Shown here piece by piece: positions 15,191 through 23,293 of a stretch of DNA of 31,103 nt (position 1 is the first letter of the stretch; each line of letters begins with the position of its first letter). The stretch covers positions 1 to 31,103 of the forward strand of contig JBBQYG010000032.1 in NCBI GenBank assembly GCA_038208905.1, given 5' to 3'. The position numbers were made by a program, and so were the translations under genes. Under the pieces are notes generated by a model that was given only the letters and a program-made list of their open reading frames with translations, made no database searches and had not been told where the DNA came from. This DNA is from Candidatus Sumerlaeia bacterium (GTDB taxonomy: Bacteria > Sumerlaeota > Sumerlaeia > SLMS01).

Positions 15191-15393
15191 TTACAGGCAT
15201 TTGTTCTCCGACTTCGCAAGGATGCGCTTCATCGCCTCCTTCGGCCTCATCGCGGGAGGTTCGGGAGGGGGCGAATCTCAGCCACCCGCTTTCCGTTGCG
15301 CAGGACGACGAAATTTTCGTCGGCTTCCACCTCCTCAAGGATGGCTGCCAGGCTTTTGCCTGCCTGAATATCGCTTACTTCTTTCATGTCCAT
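15191..15393 (-). pseudogene. Frameshifted orphan Phd/YefM antitoxin
   Basis: AGGAGG RBS, then MDMKEVSDIQAGKSLAAILEEVEADENFVVLRNGKRVAEIRPLP and a stop at 15247. A one-base shift gives PAMRPKEAMKRILAKSENKCL*. TTGACG -35 box at 15435-15440. No toxin follows. Confidence 0.6.
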
Positions 15394-15540
15394 GCCTCCT
15401 GACTTGGCGGTATATTCCCACACCCCCCGCTTTCCGTCAAGCCCGACGCGCATCGTGCTTGATTTACGGTCGGGTGCGATGTCTCTTTCTCCCCCTGACC
15501 ACGCCAGATCACCCAATACCGTTCGTATCCCGGACCGGGC

Positions 15541-15882
15541 ATGACCACGAAAGAAAAACCGCAAGACAACCCCTCGGGCGGCCTCGCCACGATGGAGGCC
15601 CACGAGGATCTCTACCAGATCATCCTCTTCGACGACAATGAGCACAGCTACCAGTATGTGATCGAGATGCTGACCACGCTCTTCGACCTCTCGGCCCAGG
15701 ACGCACAGCAGATTGCCTACGAGGTCGATTACGTGGGGCAGGCGACCGTGAAGGTCTGCGAGTTGGAGGAGGCCACGTCGGGACGCGACCGAATTCTGGC
15801 CTACGGTCCCGACCCCCGCGTTCGCATGAGCACCACCAGCATGCACGCGATCGTGGAAGCCGTGGAAGGGCACTCCGAGTAA
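15541..15882 (+). CDS. clpS: ATP-dependent Clp protease adaptor ClpS
   Basis: YQIILFDDNEHSYQYVIEMLTTLF...AYEVDYVGQATV is ClpS-like. Confidence 0.85.
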   Translation: MTTKEKPQDNPSGGLATMEAHEDLYQIILFDDNEHSYQYVIEMLTTLFDLSAQDAQQIAYEVDYVGQATVKVCELEEATSGRDRILAYGPDPRVRMSTTSMHAIVEAVEGHSE

Positions 15883-15891
15883 CACATGGGA

Positions 15892-16143
15892 TCAGAAGTT
15901 GGAGAGAGCCGCCTCAACGGTGCCGATTACGTCGGCGAGGAGTTCCTCCTCCTCCACGGTCAGGTTGCCGACGGTTTTCTCCCGCAGGATTTCAAGGAGC
16001 GCCTGCTCGCGGCGCGCCATCGCGGGATTGGGCGGAATAGGCTTGCCGGTGGCGGGATGCGGCAGCAACCCGAGCTGGAGCATGGCCTGAAGATGGTGCA
16101 ACTGAACGATCATCAAAAAGCTGGGCGGAGGAAGCTCCGGCAT
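15892..16143 (-). CDS. DUF1844 family protein
   Basis: MPELPPPSF...QAMLQLGLLPHPATGK...LLEILREKTVGNLTVEEEELL pattern. Confidence 0.8.
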   Translation of the reverse strand: MPELPPPSFLMIVQLHHLQAMLQLGLLPHPATGKPIPPNPAMARREQALLEILREKTVGNLTVEEEELLADVIGTVEAALSNF

Positions 16144-16199
16144 GGTTCTCACCTATTGGGGACTGGTCCAGCCTCGCGGCTGGGGTGGGCGAGGCTCGC

Positions 16200-18614
16200 A
16201 TGAACGCCCCCGCGTCCGTCAAACAGGCGTTCCAGTTTCTCGCGATTCTTTTCGCGGCGATGCTTCTATGGCACGGATCGCTGATTGCGGGTGGCTCGGT
16301 GCTTTCTGGCGGGGACATGGTCAATCACGCGGCGCCGATCCGCGAGGCCCAGCTTGCAAGGGGCTGGTTCGCGGGATGGCAGCCGGAGAGCTTCAGCGGG
16401 CGGCCCCTCATCGACGATCCACAGTCCGGCACCTTCTATCCTCCCAACCTGATCCATGTATTGGGTCTTTCCGCAGAGCGCGGCATCACGCTGCTGATCC
16501 TGATTCACCTCGCGCTGGGCGGATTCGGTTTCTACCTGCTGGCGCGGGTGAAGTTCCGATTCGAGCCTGCCACGCTCGCCGGGCTGCTCTGGGCATTCGG
16601 CTCCTACCACCTGATGAGGATGTCCAACGGGATCGTGGTTTTTAGCTATGCCTTCGCATGGCTCCCTTGGATGTGGCTAGCGGCGGAACGCCAGTCGCTT
16701 CGTCGCCAAGGCGCTATCGCCTGGGTCGCCGTACTCGCGATGTGCGGCGCGTGCCAACTCCTCGCCGGCGCTCCCCAAGTCTCACAGATCACCTGGTTCG
16801 GCCTGGGACTGTGGACGCTCGGTCGAATTGTCCAGCGGGCGGAGGGGGATCGCCCCGTCGCCGTGGCCGGAGGATTCGCGCTCGCGGGGCTTCTCGCCCT
16901 CGCCGCTTGTGCTCCCTACCTCGCGGGGGTCGTGCGATTCATGGCTGAAGGCATGCCGCGCGAGGAAGGAAGCCTATGGTCCTTCGTCTCCGACGGCTCC
17001 CTCCGGCCTCGGCTCCTGATGCTCTTTCTGGTGCCCGAGTTCTTTGGCCCGGGAAACGACGAGGCGCTCTATTGGGGCTCCAGCATGAGCTTCACCGAAT
17101 CGAGCGGCTTTTTCGGGATCGCGCCGCTAACCCTGTGCGCGATCGCGGTGGCCTGCGGCGCGGCAAGCCTGCCGAGGAGGAGGGACCGGTGGGCGATTTC
17201 CCTCACCTTGCTCTCGGTGCTGGGCTTGCTGATTTCCCTGGGTGGATTCGGTCCCCTGTTTGGCTTGCTGGTGGCGGTCGTTCCAACATTCGACATGTTC
17301 CGCGTGCCGGCCCGATGGCTCGTCTGGCCAGTCATGGGGGGTATCCTTGGCGCGGCGTGGTGCCTGAACCTGCTGCTGGAGAACTCCGAATCCCCCGACC
17401 GCCGACGTGTTTGGGCGGGAGCGGCGGGCATGGCGCTCGTTCTGGTGGGCCTTTCTCTTGCCCGGATCTTGACGCCCGCGCTGCTCGATGGCTTCGGGCT
17501 GGGCGGGATCATTGCCTCTCGTTTTCCCGATCCCACCGACACCGGAGGCGTCGCGCTGGAATCAGCCGCGCGGGCCGGCGCGGAATGGTCGCTGCTGCTT
17601 GCCGCTGCCACCGCCGCCGCGGTCGCGGCGGTCGTTGCGCGCAAGATACCATCCCGGGTGGGCGTCGCGATGGTTCTGGTCCTGACACTCGCGGACCTGT
17701 TTCGCTTCTGGCTTCCATTCTCCGCGCGCATCCCCGAGGGCGCATCCCCCAGCGAGATAGAATCCGAGGCCTCCTTCTCCGCCATCGCCGCCGCCGACTA
17801 CCGGCAGTACTTCTTCCCCGAGTCCCCCACGGTGCAGGCGCTGCGGCGCTTGCCAGGCCGGGGCCGCATTCATTACGACGACTCGCTGAGCAGCCATGCC
17901 TTCGATCAGGAGCAACGCGAACTCCTCTGGGAGCGGCCCGTGGCCCTTGGGCTGGAGATCACCCGCGGCTACCAGCCGATGATCCTCGGCAGCTATGCGC
18001 AGGAGTACTACGCATCGATGATCCCGCTCTCCGACGTGCGGACGGGAGCCTTTCTCTCCCAAGCCGAGATTCGCGACCGCCGGTTCCTGGATGCCTACAA
18101 CGTGACTCACATGCTGGGCTACGAGCTCGATTTCCTGGCCAAGGAGATCGCGGAAGCCGGGCTTGTCGACCCCGAACCGATTGGTCCCGTTGTCGAGGGT
18201 ATGCGCCTGATGCTCTGGCGGAACCCCCACGCGCGGGGATGGGCGTGGCTGTCTCGCGAGGAGCAGTTCCTCGAAGCGGTTCCTGATGTCACGCTCGGCA
18301 GCGTTGCCTTGGAGAAGAGGGAGGCGGACATGTGGATGGGGCGGGTCGCGGCTTCCGAACCCTGCTACTTGCACATCTCCTCTCCCGACTATTCCGGGTG
18401 GCGAATCTCCCTGTCGGGAGAATCTGGAGCCTCCGCAGGCCCGCCAGCCACCTCGCGTACAATCAGGATTCCCGCAGCGGGGGAGTGGCGCTTCGAACGC
18501 CGATTCCACCGGGAGGCGTTGCGCCCCCGCTGGATCGCAATCTCCCTCGCCTCCTTTGTCGCGATGGCGTGCTGCTTCGTGGTTGGGCGTCGCCGATCCG
18601 CGCCCGCGCCGTGA
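16200..18614 (+). CDS. YfhO-like polytopic membrane protein (putative GT-C glycosyltransferase)
   Basis: W..ESFSGRPLIDDPQSGTFYPPN, many TM helices, FDMFRVPARW, C-terminal DYSGWR followed by a terminal TM. Confidence 0.75.
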   Translation: MNAPASVKQAFQFLAILFAAMLLWHGSLIAGGSVLSGGDMVNHAAPIREAQLARGWFAGWQPESFSGRPLIDDPQSGTFYPPNLIHVLGLSAERGITLLILIHLALGGFGFYLLARVKFRFEPATLAGLLWAFGSYHLMRMSNGIVVFSYAFAWLPWMWLAAERQSLRRQGAIAWVAVLAMCGACQLLAGAPQVSQITWFGLGLWTLGRIVQRAEGDRPVAVAGGFALAGLLALAACAPYLAGVVRFMAEGMPREEGSLWSFVSDGSLRPRLLMLFLVPEFFGPGNDEALYWGSSMSFTESSGFFGIAPLTLCAIAVACGAASLPRRRDRWAISLTLLSVLGLLISLGGFGPLFGLLVAVVPTFDMFRVPARWLVWPVMGGILGAAWCLNLLLENSESPDRRRVWAGAAGMALVLVGLSLARILTPALLDGFGLGGIIASRFPDPTDTGGVALESAARAGAEWSLLLAAATAAAVAAVVARKIPSRVGVAMVLVLTLADLFRFWLPFSARIPEGASPSEIESEASFSAIAAADYRQYFFPESPTVQALRRLPGRGRIHYDDSLSSHAFDQEQRELLWERPVALGLEITRGYQPMILGSYAQEYYASMIPLSDVRTGAFLSQAEIRDRRFLDAYNVTHMLGYELDFLAKEIAEAGLVDPEPIGPVVEGMRLMLWRNPHARGWAWLSREEQFLEAVPDVTLGSVALEKREADMWMGRVAASEPCYLHISSPDYSGWRISLSGESGASAGPPATSRTIRIPAAGEWRFERRFHREALRPRWIAISLASFVAMACCFVVGRRRSAPAP

Positions 18615-18700
18615 ACCGGGGCGCTTTTGCGCTCGACCTTCCCGGCGGGGGGCATCACCCTTTGCTCGCCTTCACCTGCCGATCCACGGAGTTCCGCCGC

Positions 18701-20002
18701 GTGACGAAGACCTCGATTGCCATGCTTCTCCTCGCGATCGCCGCGACCACGGCCGCTCCGGCGGCACCGGTCCCCCGAACCTGGGCGGCGACGGACTATC
18801 CCCCGGGAGCCCCCCCTTGGTGGGGAGCGGAGGTGACGCGAGTCCCCTCCCCAATTCTGGCGGAGGGTCTGGCCAAGACGCTTCGCAGCGAGGGTTGGGA
18901 ACCCGTCTATACGCTTCCCTCGGCGGACGGCAAGGTTTCGGTGCTGGTGGGGGAGGAAGCCAGCGAGGGCCGCGCCTGGTTTCTGCTGACTGGCTTGCGC
19001 GCACAGGGCATGGCCGATGGGGATCTCGTCGCGACTCCGGCGGAATCGCGTGCCCCGCGAGGCGGCGACGGACCCGCCGACACGGGGATGGCCGCGAGCG
19101 CCCTGACCGACAAGGAAATCGCGGACCAACTCCACTCCACGATCGCCACCTTCGCTCCCGAGGTGCGTGACTCCATCGTCCACACGATCGAGCTGGTTGG
19201 GAACGGCGACACCCGCCACGCGGATGTCGCTCCGGGCGCGATCGCCGCCTTGCGCGAGTTCTGGCGCCAGAACCGCGAACCGATCCTCGCCCTTGAGATT
19301 GCGCGCCGCGTCGCCACCAGCAAGTGGATTGCCGCCGCAGACAGGCCCGAGCTGCGCGAAAGCGCGGCGGAGCTTTACTTCGAGCTTGCCTATGGCGAGA
19401 AGCGCGATTGGCGCGAGGCATGGTACGCCGCCGATCTGCTGGAGCAGACCCGCGGACCGCGCGCGGTCGCCCTTGCGGAACTCTTTCGTGCCGGCCTCCT
19501 TGTGGAACTCGCGAAGAACGGCCGTCAGCTTCGCGGCGGATTCGCTGCCATCCGTCGCCAGTTGCGCGCCGCCAACGAGGTCGCCCCCGAGGACGACGCC
19601 CTTCTCGCGCGCATCCATTTTCTGTATATGCAGACTTTCGCCTGGGAGGGTGACTGGCCCCGCGTCGAGTCGCTGTCCCGCGAGTTCCGCGCGCGCTTTC
19701 CCGAGGCCCGGGGGTATCGGGCGATGGCCCGCATCCTGGAGGCGCGCAGCCTCGAACGGAATGGCCGGCTCGAAGAGGCCGTGACCATGCTGGAGGAAGT
19801 GCTTTCGCTGCCCGTTCCGCTTGGCGAGCAGCTACGCGTGGGAATGAAGGCCCATGATCCCCATGACCCCGCGCGTGTGGAGCTCGACCGATTCCGCAGC
19901 CTGATCGTCGAGCGCGAATCCCGCCTCGCCGCGCCGACGCCCGCCCCCGAGTCGGCCCCGGCACCGACACCCACCGCCGCCCCGATGCCGGAAACCCCTT
20001 GA
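18701..20002 (+). CDS. Secreted hypothetical protein; SPOR-like N-terminal module and TPR-like helical C-terminus
   Basis: GTG start with signal peptide (MTKTSIAMLLLAIAATTAAPA); beta-alpha-beta pattern AEGLAKTLRSEGW..VSVLVG; TPR-like ARILEARSLERNGRLEEAVTML; Pro/Ala-rich tail. Confidence 0.6.
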   Translation: MTKTSIAMLLLAIAATTAAPAAPVPRTWAATDYPPGAPPWWGAEVTRVPSPILAEGLAKTLRSEGWEPVYTLPSADGKVSVLVGEEASEGRAWFLLTGLRAQGMADGDLVATPAESRAPRGGDGPADTGMAASALTDKEIADQLHSTIATFAPEVRDSIVHTIELVGNGDTRHADVAPGAIAALREFWRQNREPILALEIARRVATSKWIAAADRPELRESAAELYFELAYGEKRDWREAWYAADLLEQTRGPRAVALAELFRAGLLVELAKNGRQLRGGFAAIRRQLRAANEVAPEDDALLARIHFLYMQTFAWEGDWPRVESLSREFRARFPEARGYRAMARILEARSLERNGRLEEAVTMLEEVLSLPVPLGEQLRVGMKAHDPHDPARVELDRFRSLIVERESRLAAPTPAPESAPAPTPTAAPMPETP

Positions 20003-20063
20003 TCGGAAAAGCTGGGGCCGCACACTTCCCCATCGGCAGAGCCTCCACTCGCGGCGCGTCCCG

Positions 20064-21440
20064 ATGTCCCCCATGCCCCGATCCAATTCACCGGTCTTCC
20101 TCGCTTTTTTCGCCGCATTGCTGTGTGCATTCACGTCAGTGGTGCGTGCCAATGCTACTCCCGATGAACTAAAGGCCATGGAGCGGCTCGCCATCCATTA
20201 TATGGCGGGAGAGATTGATGCCATCCGCACAAGCTTTTCCCCGGAACTCGCGGCGTCCCAATCCACGGAGGACATGGCGAAGCAGCGCTCTGCGTTGCTG
20301 GAGAAGGGGGGCGCGCTCCGGCACATCCGCGCCGCCTGGTCGCCACGCTCCCCCGAGGGGCGAACGCCGCCCTTCCTCCAGGCCGTTGTGCCGGTGGACC
20401 TCGAGAAAATCAGCATGGAGATCCTCTTTACTTGGCCGCGTGCCGCGGGGGTCGGGCAGCTCAGCGGCTTCGCCATTCGCGCGGCCACGCGGCGCGATCC
20501 CGCGACGGCGGCGGGCCCCCGCGTCGATCCGCCATTTTCCCCCGCCGACTACGTGGATGCGCGCAAGATCCAGCGCGAGCCGTTGAAGTTGGGGCCCGAG
20601 GCCTATCCCGTGGACGCGGAGTATGTTCGCCCGCGCTCAGCCACGCCGAATTCGCGGGTGCCCGCGGTGATTTTCCTGCCCGACCGCGATACCCTCGGGA
20701 TCGACGGAGCAATCGGTCCCTCCCGCATGTGGAAGGACTTGGCCGACGGCCTCGCCACGGCGGGCGTGGCCTCGATCCGCTATGAGCGGCGCATGGCCCG
20801 CTATTACGAAAAGGCCTTCGAACCATATCGCATCGACGAGGAACTGTATATCGATCTATACGCGGCCCTCCGCGCGGCGGCGGCCCGGCCGGAGGTGGAT
20901 ATGGGGCGCGTGTACCTCCTTGGCCACGGGTTCGGCGCCTGGGCGGCCCCGGCAATGCATAGCCGCGCTCCGCGCGTGCGCGGCCTGATCCTCCTGTCTC
21001 CGCCGGCCAGCTATACCGCGAGGGAGCGACTCGACACTCTCGTGCGCGAGGACGCCCTGCCCGGCGCGAATCTCTCCGCAATCCGTGGCGCCGTCGGCTA
21101 TCTTGAGCAGAGGCGCCTTGATCCCGCCTACATGGTCGTGGACGCGCCCGCGCAGTTTTGGTACAGCACAATGGGGCTCGATCCGATTGCGCTTCTCGCA
21201 AAGTCAAAGACCCCAACGCTCATCCTCATCGGCGGTCGCGACCACCGCACCTCTGAAATCCAGCGTGCGCCGTGGATCGACCTCGCCCGCGCCCGACAGC
21301 GAGTCGCCATCCGGTATCTTCCCAACGCAGACTACTGGCTATTTCCGCGCGACAGCCAGGATTCCGCCGCCGACGAGGCGCTCCGCCATGTTGATCGGGA
21401 GGCCATCGACGCCATTGCTCGATTTGCGGCGTCCCGCTGA
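20064..21440 (+). CDS. Secreted alpha/beta-hydrolase-fold protein with DUF3887-like N-terminus; catalytic residues degenerate
   Basis: Signal peptide; KDLADGLATAGVASIRYERR, RPEVDMGRVYLLGHGFGA, PTLILIGGRD, LPNADYWLF. Confidence 0.8.
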   Translation: MSPMPRSNSPVFLAFFAALLCAFTSVVRANATPDELKAMERLAIHYMAGEIDAIRTSFSPELAASQSTEDMAKQRSALLEKGGALRHIRAAWSPRSPEGRTPPFLQAVVPVDLEKISMEILFTWPRAAGVGQLSGFAIRAATRRDPATAAGPRVDPPFSPADYVDARKIQREPLKLGPEAYPVDAEYVRPRSATPNSRVPAVIFLPDRDTLGIDGAIGPSRMWKDLADGLATAGVASIRYERRMARYYEKAFEPYRIDEELYIDLYAALRAAAARPEVDMGRVYLLGHGFGAWAAPAMHSRAPRVRGLILLSPPASYTARERLDTLVREDALPGANLSAIRGAVGYLEQRRLDPAYMVVDAPAQFWYSTMGLDPIALLAKSKTPTLILIGGRDHRTSEIQRAPWIDLARARQRVAIRYLPNADYWLFPRDSQDSAADEALRHVDREAIDAIARFAASR

Positions 21441-21454
21441 TCCGGGGCGCGCGC

Positions 21455-22879
21455 TCAGAGCAGCGGCGAAACAAGATAGCCGAAGTTCTCCAAGGCCCGC
21501 GTCACCATACCCGGCGCGCGCCGCTCCCGCGGATCATAGATATCCGCCTGCTCGATCAGCTCCCCCACGTGGGCCTCGATGCCGCGAGTCTCCTCGGAGG
21601 AGTAGACAAACAGCGCGAGTTCGTAGTTCAGGTAGAGGCTCCGCATGTCCATGTTGGGCGAGCCCACGGCGGCCAGCTCGCCATCGATGAGGAGCAGCTT
21701 TGTGTGCAACTGCGGGCCCCTATGAAGATAGACGGTCGCCCCCGCCCGGCACAATTCGCGAAGGTAGTATCGCCTCGCCAGATCCACCATGACCTTGTCC
21801 GATTTCGCAGGCACCACCACGCGGACGTCGCGGCCGATCTGTGCCAGCGTTGTCAGCGTGCGCAGGATCATCGCATCCGGGATGAAGTAGGGCGTCACAA
21901 TCCAGACGCGGCGGCGCGCCTGGAACATCGCGCCGAGGACGGTTTCGTGAAAGGCGTCGGCCTCGATGTCGGGCCCGCTGGCAACGGTCTGGATCGTCAC
22001 ATTGCCCGATCGTTCCGGCGCGGTGGGAAGGCTCTCCGCCATGATCCCCTCCGCGTCTTCCTCCGTCGCAAACTCCCAGTCGCTGGCGAATATCTCCTGA
22101 AGCGAGGCGACCACGGGACCCCTCACGACGATCGCGAAGTCGCGCCACAGGCCCGGGTGCGGCGCGGGCGCGATGTACTCCGCCCCGATATTGCGACCTC
22201 CCACCATTGCCTCGCGCCCGTCAACGATCACGACCTTGCGGTGATTGCGCAGGTGTGCCGACCACTTCCATCGCAGCCGAAGCACGGGGAGGAAGGTGCC
22301 CACCTGCCCGCCTGCGTCTCTCAGGGGCGCCAGGAAACTGCCCAGCGCGTTGAAGCTGCCGAGCCCGTCCAGCAGCAGGCGCACCTTCACGCCCTCTGTG
22401 GCCTTGCGCGCCAACGCATCCACGATCGCCTTGGCAACCTCGTCCCGCGTCAGGATGAACGTGGTGATGTGGATCGTTTCCTTCGCGCCGTCGATCATCT
22501 CCATCAGGCGGCGATAATTGTCCACCGCGTCGGGCAGGAGATCCACCGCGTTCCCGCCCGAGAAAGGCGGCGGTTTGCCGACCAACAGCGGTATCTGGGC
22601 CGCTTCGCCAACCCCCTCGATATGGTCCACCGATCGATTGGCCTTCAGGCTCAGCGGTCCCTTGGCGCGCACCAGCCGACGGAGCTTGCGCCCCCCGAAC
22701 ACCAGAAAGAGCGGGACACCCACGTATGGCACGAAGATGATTGCCAGCAGCCACGCAAAGGTCGCCGAAGGCGGATGGTGTCCCGCGCGCAGCCGACTAA
22801 AGAGGATCACGCCGCAGATAACGCCCGCGACCGAGAGCAGGTGCCCAACGACGATCCCCGCCAGGTCGCGCAGTTCCAT
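21455..22879 (-). CDS. cls: Cardiolipin synthase (PLD superfamily)
   Basis: Two N-terminal TMs (AWLLAIIFVPYVG); two HKD motifs NHRKVVIVDG and LHTKLLLIDG; TPYFIPD; NMDMRSLYLNYE. Confidence 0.92.
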   Translation of the reverse strand: MELRDLAGIVVGHLLSVAGVICGVILFSRLRAGHHPPSATFAWLLAIIFVPYVGVPLFLVFGGRKLRRLVRAKGPLSLKANRSVDHIEGVGEAAQIPLLVGKPPPFSGGNAVDLLPDAVDNYRRLMEMIDGAKETIHITTFILTRDEVAKAIVDALARKATEGVKVRLLLDGLGSFNALGSFLAPLRDAGGQVGTFLPVLRLRWKWSAHLRNHRKVVIVDGREAMVGGRNIGAEYIAPAPHPGLWRDFAIVVRGPVVASLQEIFASDWEFATEEDAEGIMAESLPTAPERSGNVTIQTVASGPDIEADAFHETVLGAMFQARRRVWIVTPYFIPDAMILRTLTTLAQIGRDVRVVVPAKSDKVMVDLARRYYLRELCRAGATVYLHRGPQLHTKLLLIDGELAAVGSPNMDMRSLYLNYELALFVYSSEETRGIEAHVGELIEQADIYDPRERRAPGMVTRALENFGYLVSPLL

Positions 22880-22881
22880 GG

Positions 22882-23112
22882 CTAGAACGGTCGGCTTGGT
22901 CGCGGTCGCGCCGGGTCAAGCCGTCGCCAGTAAGTCGGCATGTTGGGGTCGGGGTCGCGTTCGAGCAGATCCCCCATCGCGATCCTCAGGATGATCGAAT
23001 AGGGGCCCAGCACAAGGAAGTAGAAGAGAAAGCTGATCACCCACGCAAGCACCAGCGCCACCGCGCGGAGAACGCGGAGCAGGACGGCCTGGATGCGGCG
23101 TGGTAAGGACAT
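22882..23112 (-). CDS. Small membrane protein, SxtJ-like
   Basis: 76 aa; LFYFLVLGPYSIILRIAMGDLL...TYWRR...RPF resembles the SxtJ-family C-terminus; stop lies 2 nt from the cls start. Confidence 0.6.
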   Translation of the reverse strand: MSLPRRIQAVLLRVLRAVALVLAWVISFLFYFLVLGPYSIILRIAMGDLLERDPDPNMPTYWRRLDPARPRPSRPF

Positions 23113-23293
23113 TCGGAGTTCAGCCTTGCGCCAGAATCTTGAGATTCGCGCCCGATGGGGTTCGCCATCGGCCCCCATCGTCAAGCCAAGAGCGCCGGGA
23201 CGCCTTTTCCGCTTTCCAACCCCGCGCAAATCATGCTACCTCGCGGGCTGTCGGAGGAAGGGCTTCTCAAGAATTCTCGGCGAGGCAACGGCC

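Noticed and set aside
14983-15219. 78-aa ORF as the toxin partner of the orphan Phd
   Set aside because: No PIN, RelE or Doc motifs, no clear RBS, and it overlaps the restored antitoxin tail.
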